NCBI GenBank assembly: GCA_963827275.1
Contig: CAWHAA010000010.1
Coordinates: forward strand, 416,001 to 480,000
DNA: 64,000 bases
Origin: an uncultured Spirochaetota bacterium
GTDB taxonomy: Bacteria > Spirochaetota > UBA4802 > UBA5550
Direction: 5' to 3'
A program made the position numbers and the translations under genes. How positions within the stretch are numbered: the stretch's first letter is position 1; each line of letters begins with the position of its first letter. The notes under the pieces were generated by a model, which made no database searches, was not told the origin of the DNA, and worked only from the letters and a program-made list of their open reading frames with translations. Shown piece by piece: positions 41,376 through 52,373 of the stretch.

Positions 41376-42432
41376 CCTTGAAGGCGCCCCGGCCCCGAAA
41401 CGGAGCACGGTCCACTATCTCGTACGGGGGGCGGGCCTCCTCCTCGGGATTTTTCTCATCTACTGGTTCGCGTCCCAATCGCCCCTGACGGGAATATGGG
41501 AACAGCTGAAACGCTTCAACGTGAAATTCCTGTTCCTTGTCGCGGTGACCTTCGTCGCGTACATGATGGTCACCGTCGCATGGAGGCTCTCCTTCTACCG
41601 GTTCCCGGGCCATCTCTCCACGATGCTGCTCTTCCTCATGCGGCAGACCGGGGAAAGCCTGGCGCAGATCAACCCGACCAACGTCATTGCCGGCGACGCG
41701 CTCAAGGCGGTGCTCCTGAAAAGGAAGAACGTCCCCTACAAGGACAGCATCGTTTCCCTCACCATCTCGCGCTTCCTGGTCATGCTCTCCGCGCTGGCCA
41801 TCATCATGATCGGGGCGTACCTGTTTTTCGACCTGCTCAAGCTGAAGGCGAACGCCGCGTCGCTGGCGGCCGTCATCGCCATCCTCTTCGCGCTCCTGGT
41901 CTTCCTCATCTACCGCCTCGGCACCGGGAAGGGGATACTCGCGCCCGCGGTGGGGGCGCTGAAGCTCATTGAAAAGCGCTTCCCCGGCTCGGAGCGCATT
42001 GTGAGATCGATGGAAAAGCTGAAAGAGGTCGATGCCGAGCTGATCGATTTTTACAAAACGAAAAAAATAAATTTCATCGCGGCATTCCTGCTCTCGTTCT
42101 GCCACTGGCTCATGGGGGCCATGGAATTTTACGTGATCCTCTATTTTCTCGGGCTCGAGGCGTCGTTCCTTTCATGCATCGCCATTGAGGTCGGGGTGAT
42201 GGTCTTCAAGGGTCTGGGGGCCTTCGTGCCGGGCCAGATCGGCATCGAGGAATACGCCAGCAAGATGATGCTGGAATTCGTGAACGTGCCCGGCGCGGGC
42301 GTATGGATCACCGTCTCGATCCTGCGCCGCGCGCGCCAGCTCTTCTGGATCGGGGTGGGATTTATCGCGTTTCTACTCATTGTGCGGAAAACCGGGAGAC
42401 CTGACGATGGAAATACTGTTCATAACGCATAA
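41359..42432 (+). CDS. Flippase-like (LPG synthase TM family) protein
   Basis: INPTNVIAGDALK, FVPGQIGIEE; multiple TM. Confidence 0.82.
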   Translation: MKLPSDLEGAPAPKRSTVHYLVRGAGLLLGIFLIYWFASQSPLTGIWEQLKRFNVKFLFLVAVTFVAYMMVTVAWRLSFYRFPGHLSTMLLFLMRQTGESLAQINPTNVIAGDALKAVLLKRKNVPYKDSIVSLTISRFLVMLSALAIIMIGAYLFFDLLKLKANAASLAAVIAILFALLVFLIYRLGTGKGILAPAVGALKLIEKRFPGSERIVRSMEKLKEVDAELIDFYKTKKINFIAAFLLSFCHWLMGAMEFYVILYFLGLEASFLSCIAIEVGVMVFKGLGAFVPGQIGIEEYASKMMLEFVNVPGAGVWITVSILRRARQLFWIGVGFIAFLLIVRKTGRPDDGNTVHNA

Positions 42433-43672
42433 GTACCCGCCTTCGGTCGGCGGGATGGAAAAGCAGAGCTACGAGCTGATCAACGGCGTCGCGCGCTCGT
42501 ACAAGGTGCACACGCTCATTTACGACAACAAGTCGAGCAGGGTCAAGTTCCTCCTCACCGTGCCCCTGAAGGTGAAAAGGATACTCAGGGAGAACCCGAA
42601 CATATCGATCATCCACCTCAACGACGGGCTTATGGGCTTCTGCGGCACATGGATCAAGCGGATCACCTCGGTGCCGGTCCTGATGACGCTGCACGGGCTC
42701 GACATCGTCATGCCCAGCCAGCTCTACCAGCGGCACATGGTCGACCGGTTCAGGAAGCTGGACGGCGTCATCGCGGTAAGCCAGGCGACGGCGCAGGAGT
42801 GCATCGCGCGCGGGTTCGACCGCGACAGGGTCTACGTGGTGCGCAACGGGGTCGACACCGAGATGTCCCTCATCAGCCGGAAGGCGGGGTTCCGGAAGAC
42901 GCTCGAGGGCAAGCTCGGGATACCGCTCGAGGACAAGAAGGTGCTGGTCTCCATAGGCCGCAGCGTACGGCGCAAGGGGTTCTCCTGGTTCATGACCAGG
43001 GTGCTGCCCCATCTCGACGAGAACATCATCTACCTCATCGTGGGGCCCACCGACCCGAACATCCGCAGGATCAATTTCATCCTGAAACTGCTCCCGACGC
43101 GCCTGGCGCACCTCATCGTGCTGGGCCTGGGCCTGGGCCTCGACGAGATTGACGTGCACGAGGCCCTGCGGAGACCGGAGATCAAGGACCGCGCCTTTTA
43201 CCTCGGCAAGCAGCCCTTCGAGGACATGGTCCAGATCCTTAAATACGCCGACATGTTCGTGATGCCGAACATCAAGGTCCATGGCGACGCGGAGGGCTTC
43301 GGGCTCGTCGCGCTCGAGGCGTCGGTGAACGGCACCCCGGTGCTCGCCTCCGCCATGGAGGGGATCACCTGCGCGGTCATCGATGGAAAAAACGGCTTTC
43401 TGGTGCCGCCGGAGAACGACAGCGAGTGGGTGAACAGGATCCACGCGCTGACTTCAGACATCACCCACCTCAGGGAGTTCGGCGAGCAGGCGAAACAGTT
43501 CACCATCACCAATTTCGCATGGAAAAAGATGGTGGACGGCTATATCACGGTATTCAAAAAATACGATTACCTGCACGCGATGCGGCGGGCGAATGCCTCC
43601 CCGCCGGGCGCGGGTCATTCCGGGGACGCGGGCAATCCGTCCCGGCGGGAATACCTGAAAAAAGATGCGTGA
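42407..43672 (+). CDS. GT4 (GT-B) glycosyltransferase
   Basis: YPPSVGGME, RNGVD, DAEGFGLVALEA. Confidence 0.92.
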   Translation: MEILFITHKYPPSVGGMEKQSYELINGVARSYKVHTLIYDNKSSRVKFLLTVPLKVKRILRENPNISIIHLNDGLMGFCGTWIKRITSVPVLMTLHGLDIVMPSQLYQRHMVDRFRKLDGVIAVSQATAQECIARGFDRDRVYVVRNGVDTEMSLISRKAGFRKTLEGKLGIPLEDKKVLVSIGRSVRRKGFSWFMTRVLPHLDENIIYLIVGPTDPNIRRINFILKLLPTRLAHLIVLGLGLGLDEIDVHEALRRPEIKDRAFYLGKQPFEDMVQILKYADMFVMPNIKVHGDAEGFGLVALEASVNGTPVLASAMEGITCAVIDGKNGFLVPPENDSEWVNRIHALTSDITHLREFGEQAKQFTITNFAWKKMVDGYITVFKKYDYLHAMRRANASPPGAGHSGDAGNPSRREYLKKDA

Positions 43673-43681
43673 GAGACCGCC

Positions 43682-45625
43682 ATGCTGCGTACCCTGAACA
43701 GACTGGCCGAAGGCCGCCGGTTTTACGCCGCCGTTTTTCTCTTCATACTCCTCTTCACGGGAATGAGGCTGGCGCACATCAACGCGGACGCCCCGCAGGA
43801 CCTCACCACCTCCGCGGCCTCGTACACGGACGAGGGCTTCAAGACCTACGACGCGCGCAACCACGCCCTTTACGGCAGCTGGAAATGGACCCCTGAAGAC
43901 GAGTACGAGGGCTGGCTCGCGAAAAGCCCGCTGACGGCGCTGCCCTACGCGCTCATCTTCAGCCACTTCGGCGCGTCCTACGCCTCGGTCCGCGCGCTCT
44001 CCGTCGCCTACGCCGCCGGCACGATGCTGCTGCTGGTTATTTTCCTGTTGAGGAACTACGGGCGCCTCACCGCGCTCGTCGGCCTGGCGCTCTTCGGCAC
44101 GAATTACTTCACGGCGATGTTCAACCGGCTCGGCATGTACGAGTCGCACCTGATATTCTATATCATGGTCTTCATCCTCGGCGCATCCGAGGCGTCCAGG
44201 CCCTACCGCGCCCGGCGCGGCAGCGAGGGAGAACGGGCGTACGCGATCAAACGCGCGGCCTGCCGGGCGCTCTTCGTGGCCGTCGCCCTCGCCGGGTTCG
44301 CCGGCGGGTTCTTCATCAAGAGGAACCTGCTCATCATCATCCCCGCCCTCGCGCCCGCGGCGCTGCTCTTCCTGTGCGCCCGCCTCGGGATGCGGGAGCG
44401 CCGCATGAACCTGGCCTTCGTTCTTTTCATCGCGCTCTTCGGGGCCGTCTACCTCGTGTTCGCGCAGATGGATGAGTTCAAGATCAAGCTGGCGTTCATG
44501 CTGATGTCGGTCAGCGTCTTCGGCCAGCCCCTGGGCGCCCTGCTCCCCTTCACGGCCTTTGACCCGCTGCAGAGCGTGGTGCTGAAAAGCCTTTTCATGG
44601 AATTCGTGTTCCTCCATCCCTTCACCTTTTTCGCGGGGATGCTCCTCGCCCTCTCCACCATCTACAACTATATCTACACGGCCCGGCGGAATACGGCCGA
44701 CCTGTTCCTGGCAAGCTGGCTCCTCTTCGGGCTCATCTTCACGAGCGTGATGTACTACAGCCCGTCGCGGTACTATCTCATCTCGATCATTCCCCTGATC
44801 ATCCTGGCCGCGCGCTTCATCGCCGGCTTCAGCGAGTTCGATTTCGCGTCGTTTGTCGCGGCGAAAAAACGCTTCCCCCACAACATCATATTCTGGGTGT
44901 TCATCCTGTTCGGCCTGCTCTATACGGGCATCGTGCTCGTCGAGCAGGCGACGCCCGCCATGCTGAGGAACTACCTGGTGGACCGCCTGTATCCGGCGTA
45001 CATGAAGGGGGAGTACGGGGAAGCGGCGGCGATCATCGCCGCGGTCGGGGCACTCTGCCTGGCATGCGTCATCGCGACGGTCATGTACCGGAAGCGCCTG
45101 GCGGGCCTGCTGCATGACCCGAGGCTGCCGTCGATCCTCCTGTCGGTGGTCCTCGCCCTGCAGGTCTTCCAGTACGGGCGGTGGTTCCTGTTCCACGAAC
45201 ACAACCTGTACAACGCGTCGCGCGAGCTGGGGCGCGAACTGCCCCCGGACGCGATCATCGCCGGGAGCTGGTCCGCCGGACTGACGCTTGAGAACGACAG
45301 GAGGGCGATCATTTTACAGTCCCTGATCCCCTACAACCACAACCTCGTGAAAAAAATCATACACGATATAGACATTCCGGTCACCGGGAGAAAGGGCAGC
45401 GCAGTGGAGACCGGGTACCGCTCCGGCATCCCCCTCTACATGGCGGTGTGCCGTAACGTCATTTTTGAAAAGACCATAACCGGGGTCTACCGGGAGCATT
45501 TTACGCCCGGCAACCTCGTCAAGACCGTGCGGCTCGGCTACTTCCAGGTTGAAATCTTCAGGATGAACAAGAAAAGGCGGGAAGTAAAAGATGCGGTCAA
45601 CGCGCTTTTCAGACGTTTTCTTTAA
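43682..45625 (+). CDS. GT-C-type (ArnT/PMT-like) membrane glycosyltransferase
   Basis: YTDEG acidic motif after TM1; more than 10 TM; PSRYYL; soluble C-terminus. Confidence 0.72.
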   Translation: MLRTLNRLAEGRRFYAAVFLFILLFTGMRLAHINADAPQDLTTSAASYTDEGFKTYDARNHALYGSWKWTPEDEYEGWLAKSPLTALPYALIFSHFGASYASVRALSVAYAAGTMLLLVIFLLRNYGRLTALVGLALFGTNYFTAMFNRLGMYESHLIFYIMVFILGASEASRPYRARRGSEGERAYAIKRAACRALFVAVALAGFAGGFFIKRNLLIIIPALAPAALLFLCARLGMRERRMNLAFVLFIALFGAVYLVFAQMDEFKIKLAFMLMSVSVFGQPLGALLPFTAFDPLQSVVLKSLFMEFVFLHPFTFFAGMLLALSTIYNYIYTARRNTADLFLASWLLFGLIFTSVMYYSPSRYYLISIIPLIILAARFIAGFSEFDFASFVAAKKRFPHNIIFWVFILFGLLYTGIVLVEQATPAMLRNYLVDRLYPAYMKGEYGEAAAIIAAVGALCLACVIATVMYRKRLAGLLHDPRLPSILLSVVLALQVFQYGRWFLFHEHNLYNASRELGRELPPDAIIAGSWSAGLTLENDRRAIILQSLIPYNHNLVKKIIHDIDIPVTGRKGSAVETGYRSGIPLYMAVCRNVIFEKTITGVYREHFTPGNLVKTVRLGYFQVEIFRMNKKRREVKDAVNALFRRFL

Positions 45626-46941
45626 CAGCACCTTCTCCCTTCTTCTGTCCGGGGCGGCGCTGCTGGCGTCCGGTTCGCCCGTGCGGGCCGCCGATGACCA
45701 GGCCGTTGTCGGCGTGCTCCGTCCCGTGACAAACGCCGCGCTGTACAATACCGCCGCAGCCCTCCAGCGGGGCATCATTGACTCGGCGCGCGCCGGTTCC
45801 CTCTTCGCCGTGCCGCCGGTGAACCCCGGACCGCTCTGGTACGCGTACGGGCAGGAAAGCGATATCACGCCGCGGAATCTCGAGCGCTACGAGGAGATCT
45901 GCGCCACTCTCGGGTGCAGCCACCTGCTGATGGGGAAATTATACGCACGGTAAAAAAGAAATTCTGGCCGAGATCAGGCTCTACTCGTCCCGGGAAAAAA
46001 GGCTCCTCCGCGTCCCTGGCGACACGATCGCGCCCGGCGCGGTGAATAAACCGGCAGAGCGGATCGCGCGGCGGGTGTCGCTCTATCTCCTCGGCCGGCT
46101 CCCGGCGGTCAACGAGCTCAGGGTCTCGAAAGGCTCCTCGCCGGCCGACGTCACCCTCTCCTGGAAATGCCCCGGGAGCGACAACAACTTCATCATCTCC
46201 CGGTCGCCGTTCGAGACCGGCCCGTACGCGAAGATCGGCGAGACGCGCTCAACGCGCTTTATCGACACCACCGCCGAGCAGGGGATGAAATACTGGTACT
46301 CGGTTTCGGTCGCGCGCGGCGGCCTGGAGGGCATACCGGCATCGGGCAGCGGGTACCGGAAGCCGCCCGCGCCGCAGGGGCTTACCGTGAGCGGGATGAT
46401 GGACGGCCGCACCAGGCCCTGGCCGGAACCGGGTTCCCGCGAAGAACGGGAGAGGGAACGGCTCCATCTCCAGCTCTTCGAGAAATATTACGAGAGCCCC
46501 TTCATGGTCGCGTTCATCATAATGGTCGGGAAGATGTACATCAACAGCGGCGAGCTGATCGCGTTCCGCGATTTCACCTCGTACGCCTGGGAGCCGGGCG
46601 AGCGGGTGGTCTATCTCATGAAGCCGGGCATGCCCCGCATCAGGTTCCACTCCCGGAGGTTCTTCCGCTTCGCGCGCGACATGCACGACCTCCATATACC
46701 CTTCGAGGAGCTCATGCCCCGCGTCATCGGCAACGCGATCCTCTTCTGCGTCCGGGTCGATGATCAGGAGACCCGGCTGGCGGACGGCAGGACGCGGTAC
46801 GTTCCCGTCCTGGAAGGGGTGGGACTCTCCACGGAGTACCACCGCGATTACGTGAAATGGCGGAGCAACACCGTCGTGTTCGGCACCAGCACCGACGCGC
46901 TGTACAAGCGGATCCTCGAGGCCCAGCGCAGGGGCTACTGA
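45591..46941 (+). CDS. Secreted protein with a fibronectin-III-like domain; one frameshift near 45950
   Basis: ORF 45591-45953 (signal peptide) continues in another frame as ILAEIRLYSS... into ORF 46042-46941 (VTLSW..FIISRS..FIDTTA..YWYSV). Confidence 0.65.
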
Positions 46942-46966
46942 CCCCGGCCGCGCGCCGGGGCGCGCC

Positions 46967-47692
46967 TCACTTCTTCCAGACCTTCTTGATGAACGCGGTG
47001 AACCCGCGCTGCTCGTGCTCGAGCGAACCCTCGAGGGTCGCGCGGTTCCGGAACTCGATCAGGTTCTTCATGGTCTGCAGCATGTCCGGGTTCAGCGCGG
47101 CCACCTGAAGCCGGCCACCTCCTTGGCCCGCGGCACCAGGCTGTCCGCCGGCGACGACCTCGTTTACCAGCCCGGCCCGCAGCGCCTCCTCCGCCGATGA
47201 TGAACTGGCAGGTGTAGCGACATCTGCTTCGCCATCCGCTGGCCCACCGCCTCCTGGAGGAGCTGGCTCATGCCCCACCCGGGGTGAATCCCCATCTTTA
47301 CGTGCGTGTCGGCGAACGACGCCTGCTCCGAGGCGATGAGGAAATCGCAGTTCAGGGCGAGTTCGAACCCGCCGGTCATCGCCGGGCCGTTGACCGCGCC
47401 GATGATCGGCTTCGCGCAGGCGGCCGAACACCTCCGATCAGGCCCCGGCCGTCGCCGCGCGGGTCGATCAGGTTATCGGTCGCGATCGCCTTCAGGTCCA
47501 GGCCGGAGCAGAACGCCGTGCCCGCCCCGGTGATCACCGCCGCCCGGATGTCCCCGCCTGACGCGACCGTCGTCGAGGCAGTCGTACAGGTTCTCCAGCA
47601 GGTCCTGGTTCAGCGCGTTGCGCCGCTCCGGGCCGGTTCAGGGTGATGAGCGCGACGCCGCCGGTTTTCTCAAAAATAACGGTCTTTTCCAT
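46967..47692 (-). pseudogene. Enoyl-CoA hydratase/isomerase with multiple frameshifts
   Basis: MEKTVIFEKTGGVALITLNRP, AFCSGLDLK, PIIGAVNGPAMTGGFELALNCDF, FADTHVKMGIHPGWG spread across frames. Confidence 0.85.
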
Positions 47693-47699
47693 AATTATG

Positions 47700-49106
47700 C
47701 CCTCTTTCTATTATTATTTCGATGAAATACCCGTCCTTGACCCCCAGGCCGACGACGCTGCCCCTTCTTTATCACGAAGTCGTAGATCTCCCCCTTCTCG
47801 GTCTGGCCCGGATATATATAGACAAAGGTATGGAGCGAGGTCGGCACGAGGCCGAGCGCGCGCCGGTGTACGACTTGGCCGCCACCAGGTACCCGCCGGG
47901 GTGCAGCTCGATGTCGACGAAGCGGCCGCCTGCCGGGTTGGTGTACTGGCGGTAGCGCCCCACGAAGAGCCCGAGCTGCTTCGCGCCCGGCCTGTCCGCC
48001 TCGAAGGTGACGGGATCGAAACCGTCCGTCATCAGGGCCGCGCAGAACCGCACCAGGCGGCTCTTCAGCCGGTAGTAGTACCCGTAATACTCCTCGCGGT
48101 CGTATACCGGCGGGTTGCTGATGAAGACGTAGCCGCTGTTGTGCCGCGGGAACAGCTGCATGAAGCCGCCCGCCCCGGGCATGTGGGCGGCGTGGTGCAT
48201 GGAATAGACGCTCCTGCCGACGGACCAGATCCGAAAGCAGAGCCCGCGGTACTCCTTCCTGCGCGACGGGGGGCTTTCGATGGTCTCATTGACGATCCTG
48301 TCGAACATGCGCTTCGATATGAGCCGCCTCCCCCCGTACCTGCCCCCGTGCAGGAACATGATCATGTATTTCACGAGGTCGTTCAGCGAGCACTCGATCC
48401 CGGCCGCGCCGCGCGTGTACGAAGGCGCCCTGGAATCTTTCATCTCCAGCGGCGACCAGGATGTTCCGGGTCACGTACTCGCCCAGGGGCAGGCCTGACG
48501 CTTCGAACACGATGAAGCCCAGGAGGTTGTAGCCCTGGTTGCAGTAGTTGAACCGGAACCCGGCCGGATATTTCTGCTCGGGCACGATGAAGGGATAATT
48601 GCTCCGTTCCTGCTTCGGGTCGGGTCCTCGATGAGGCCCGAGGTATGGGTAAGGAGGTGCCAGACGGTGATCCGGTCCGAATTGAGCCCGGGCGCCTCGA
48701 ACGGTACCCCCAGGTGCGTGCTGATGGGATCGTCAAGGGAGAGGATCCCGCGGTCGGCAAGCTGGAGGATTGCCAGGGCGGTGAAGGTCTTCGTGAGCGA
48801 CGCGGCCTGGAAGAGGGTCGAGGGAGTGCAGTTCACCGTCTCGATCGCCACGGGCCTGCCGTTCCATACCACCGCGGCCGCTGCGGACGGCACCACCGGG
48901 CCGCCGGTGTTCGCCCGCATCCACGAGGAGAGGGCCCTCTTTTCAGCGTTGATTTTTTCGTCGCTGACCCTCTTCTCCTGCGCGGCCTTTATCTCCGCAC
49001 TCCGGGCCGGGGGCCTCTCCTTCTTCTTTGTATCCTCCCAGAACCAGCCCGTGGACAGGAGCAGGGCCATGCAGATCAAGATCGGGACAACGAGGGGATG
49101 CGACAT
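47700..49106 (-). pseudogene. Serine hydrolase (beta-lactamase class C-like) with several frameshifts; 3' end approximate
   Basis: FQAASLTK (SxxK), HLLTHTSG, FNYCNQGYNLLG (YxN) split over ORFs 48471-49127, 48286-48585 and 47772-48443. Confidence 0.82.
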
Positions 49107-49195
49107 ATATCGGCCTGCGGTACACATACCAGAGTAGAGCGTCGGGAGATCAATCTGTCAAATACAAACGGAAAAAAAATACCGTCGGTGCGCGG

Positions 49196-50539
49196 CTATT
49201 CCCGCACCGCTTCGTAATAGCCGTGACGGAGCGCGAGGCCGACCACCCGGCGGTCCTTCCACACGAAGTTGTGAAGCATCCGCCCGCTGTCGATCAGGAA
49301 GCGGTTCGAGGTGAAGGTGCGGAGGGGCATCCGGCCGCCAAAGCCGTCGCTGAAGAGCGTGCCGCCCCGATACGACACATGCACCGTCTGCCCGGTGATG
49401 ACGTTCCGGTAGCGCCCGTCGTACTGCCTGAGCTCTTCCGGGGTCAGTGACGGCCAGGCCGTGCAGAGGGTCTCGTCGCCGGAAATCTTCCGCACCAGCG
49501 AGCGGAGCATGGCGGTGAGGCCCTGGCGCCACGACATGAAGGAGTCGCCCAGGTGCGCCGGCGGATTGCAGAGATATATGAAGGCGATTTTTTTCGACGG
49601 GAAGACCTGCAGGCCTGACGCCTGGCTGAACCACCGCCCCGCCTTGTAGTAGCTGTCGATGTCGCCGCCCACGGTGATGACCTCCCAGCTCAGGGAGTAA
49701 TAGTAATCGACCTTCGTGCGCGGGAGCTCCACCGGCCTGGTCAGCATCTGCGCGAAGCTCTCCCCGTTGAGGATCCTCCTGCCGCGGAAGGTGCCGCCGT
49801 TGATCAGCATCGCCGCGTAGTTCGCCAGGTCCCGTATCGTGGTGACGATGCCGCCGGTCCCGTTCGAGAACTCGGCGGTGCTGTCGCGCATCTCCAGCGG
49901 CCGGAGGACCATCTCCATCATGCCCTCGGCATACGACCTGCCGGTCGCCGCTTCGATGACATGCATCATGAGCTCGTATCCCTCGTTCGAGTAGGAATAA
50001 CAGTAGCCGGCGGGGTGGACCTGCCGCGGCACGGAGATCGTTTTTCCGCCGACAGCATACTTTTCATAGATGGACCCGGACGAAGGGATGCCGGAGGTGT
50101 GCGAAAGCAGGTGCCTGACGGTGACGGGGGCGGAGCGCAGCTCGCGCCGCTCGATCACCACGCCGGGCAGGTACCTCGACACCGGCTCGTCCAGCGACAG
50201 TATCTTTTCCTCGTGGAGACGGAGGGCCAGCACCGCGGTGAAGGTCTTGGAGAGCGAGGCGATGCCGAACCGCGTGTCGCAGTCGGCCCTGACCCCGTGA
50301 TGGTACACGAGCCGGTCGCCCTGGACAACCCCCGCCGCCGCTGACGGGACGATGCCGGCCGGGACGTTGCCGTCCAGCCATGACGCGAACTGGCCGCCGT
50401 ATTTTTCAACGCGCGCCTCCATGCCCGGGTCGATGACCGCCCGCGGCCCGGTTGACCGCGACCCGGTGGCCTGGCCGGCGAAAATGATTACGCCGAGCGC
50501 CGCAGCCGCCGCCGATAACAGGTAGAACCTTCTATGCAT
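49196..50539 (-). CDS. Serine hydrolase (beta-lactamase class C-like), secreted
   Basis: FGIASLSK, HLLSHTSG, YSYSNEGY; tandem paralog of the downstream gene. Confidence 0.9.
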   Translation of the reverse strand: MHRRFYLLSAAAAALGVIIFAGQATGSRSTGPRAVIDPGMEARVEKYGGQFASWLDGNVPAGIVPSAAAGVVQGDRLVYHHGVRADCDTRFGIASLSKTFTAVLALRLHEEKILSLDEPVSRYLPGVVIERRELRSAPVTVRHLLSHTSGIPSSGSIYEKYAVGGKTISVPRQVHPAGYCYSYSNEGYELMMHVIEAATGRSYAEGMMEMVLRPLEMRDSTAEFSNGTGGIVTTIRDLANYAAMLINGGTFRGRRILNGESFAQMLTRPVELPRTKVDYYYSLSWEVITVGGDIDSYYKAGRWFSQASGLQVFPSKKIAFIYLCNPPAHLGDSFMSWRQGLTAMLRSLVRKISGDETLCTAWPSLTPEELRQYDGRYRNVITGQTVHVSYRGGTLFSDGFGGRMPLRTFTSNRFLIDSGRMLHNFVWKDRRVVGLALRHGYYEAVRE

Positions 50540-50935
50540 TCCGCATCCCGAAAAGAGTTATATTTCTTATGAAACGAAAGAGATTGTTATCTATATGCGC
50601 CTGCGGGGCCGTTATTTGCCTCGCAGACTGAAATTTTCATAGATAGTACAACAGTGTCAATACTGTCAAGTTAAAAATGCGATCCGCCCGGGGGCCCTTC
50701 GCTCCCGCATTATACTAATTATATCGGCCCGTGAGCGACAGGACACAACTATCTGAGCAGAAAACCATTGCCGCCATCATTTCACGCTCCCCTGTCCCCT
50801 GCCTCGCGCCCCATTTAAGGGACACAAGGGCGAAAAAATTATTGACCGATGCTCCTTGACTTTCCATAACTACAGGAGTACTTTTATATATCTCATTCCG
50901 TTCCCCGGGAGCGGCGGGGAAACAGGAAGCGCGCC

Positions 50936-52099
50936 ATGACAGAAGACAAATATGAACTAATCATCAACCACAGCCTCGACCGCGGGTTCGAGCGGATCAG
51001 CCTTGACAAGAGAGACTACCTGAAAGAGCTGTCCTACCTCTTGAAAGAACCGCACAAGGTGTTCCTCGGGCTGGGAGACTTCCTGGAAATAGGCGACTAC
51101 AACACCCTGATCGACAACATCTTCTTCGACACCGAGGGCATCAAGATAGAGAACATCCTTGACGACAACAACCGCCGGCTCTCCACCGGGGGCGACGTCC
51201 CCTTCTCCTTCTTCAAGCTGGCGGTCTACTTCCCGGACTTTTTACTGAAAGACGTGCCCACCTCCTGCATCTCGGTCATCGGCGAGAAGTCGCGGCTCTT
51301 CCCCGGCGCGGAGACCTTCATCAGGTTCATCAAGTCATACGAGCCGGTCGTGCTCACCGCGATGCCCTTCGAGATCGCCATTGAGCTTATCAAGCGCGTG
51401 GGACTGGACGAAAACAACCTCGTGTGCACCGATTACAAGAAAAAATCAGACCCGGTCAAGAAGGAGGTCTACGCGGGCGACATCAACCGGTTCCTCTCCG
51501 GCGACCGGAAGAGCCTCGTCATAGAGAAGTACATGCACGAGAACGACCTCAAGGAGAACGATGTCGTGTACATCGGCAGGGGCGAAGCGGGGGTCAAGAC
51601 GTTCTCCTCCGTAAACTCGGTCGCCTTCAACCCGTTCGACAACATCATCCAGCAGTCGAAGATCACCCTGTACGGCTCGTCGCTGATATCGCTGCTGGCC
51701 CTCTTCAACTTCGACGGCAGGCTGGACGAGCTGCTCCTGTCCGAGAAATTCGAGGAGTTCATGCCGTCCCTGGTCGTCTATTCCTCGGTGAAGGAAAAAT
51801 CACCCGAGCTGGTAAACATCGAGATACAGCACCGCAACATGCAGAGCAACATCATCGGCCAGCGCATCGAGCATTCGGGCGAGAGCTACAAGTCGGTCGA
51901 ACGCGAGATCGAGGTCGTCTTCGCCGGGTCGTCCATCAACATCAACCAGGTGAAACAGCTCGTCACCGAGCGGATGGAGGAGTACCGCCGCAACCCCGCC
52001 GAGCTGGTGAAAAAAATTTACGAGATAGCGAAAGTACGCTACAAGAACTTCTGCACCGCGGGCGCCCCCCCGCAGCAGGCCCCGCATGTCGTTCTGTGA
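50936..52099 (+). CDS. Degenerate HAD-like protein
   Basis: LFPGAETFI, VVLTAM, VVYIGRGEAG resemble the HAD core, but the catalytic aspartates are not visible. Confidence 0.55.
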   Translation: MTEDKYELIINHSLDRGFERISLDKRDYLKELSYLLKEPHKVFLGLGDFLEIGDYNTLIDNIFFDTEGIKIENILDDNNRRLSTGGDVPFSFFKLAVYFPDFLLKDVPTSCISVIGEKSRLFPGAETFIRFIKSYEPVVLTAMPFEIAIELIKRVGLDENNLVCTDYKKKSDPVKKEVYAGDINRFLSGDRKSLVIEKYMHENDLKENDVVYIGRGEAGVKTFSSVNSVAFNPFDNIIQQSKITLYGSSLISLLALFNFDGRLDELLLSEKFEEFMPSLVVYSSVKEKSPELVNIEIQHRNMQSNIIGQRIEHSGESYKSVEREIEVVFAGSSININQVKQLVTERMEEYRRNPAELVKKIYEIAKVRYKNFCTAGAPPQQAPHVVL

Positions 52100-52316
52100 A
52101 ACCTGCCCCATCGAAGAGAAGCTGATGCAGTGCTGCGGCAGGCTGCCCATGACCGGGGAGCGCGCCGGGCTCGCGCTCGAATCGGGCGCCGTCGTTAACG
52201 CCTGCCCGCACCTCGGCGCAGGCGGGCGCTGCACCATCTATGACGCCAGGCCGCAGGGATGCAGGGAGTTTTTCTGCGACGCGTTCATGACTGACGTCAG
52301 GGCGTTTGTACGCTAG
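52086..52316 (+). CDS. YkgJ-family (CxxCxxCC) zinc/iron-chelating protein
   Basis: CETC...QCC, CPHL...CTIYDARPQGCREFFC. Confidence 0.82.
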   Translation: MSFCETCPIEEKLMQCCGRLPMTGERAGLALESGAVVNACPHLGAGGRCTIYDARPQGCREFFCDAFMTDVRAFVR

Positions 52317-52373
52317 ACCACCCAGTCCGCAGGAATCCATCAACTACCCCCTGGCAAACGGAAATTGCGCACA

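Noticed and set aside
43454..45202. Long antisense/alternative-frame ORFs (for example 582 aa here, also 12674-13981 and 19988-21265)
   Set aside because: They are shadows of real genes caused by high GC3 codon bias and contain no recognisable motifs.
47700..50539. Antibiotic-resistance beta-lactamases
   Set aside because: SxxK and YxN motifs define only the broad serine-hydrolase superfamily; nothing supports beta-lactam specificity.
50788..50831. Additional DUF559-type end upstream of the HAD-like gene
   Set aside because: Only CCCCTGTCCCC matches; the GNA loop and GGGGGCACG arm are absent.
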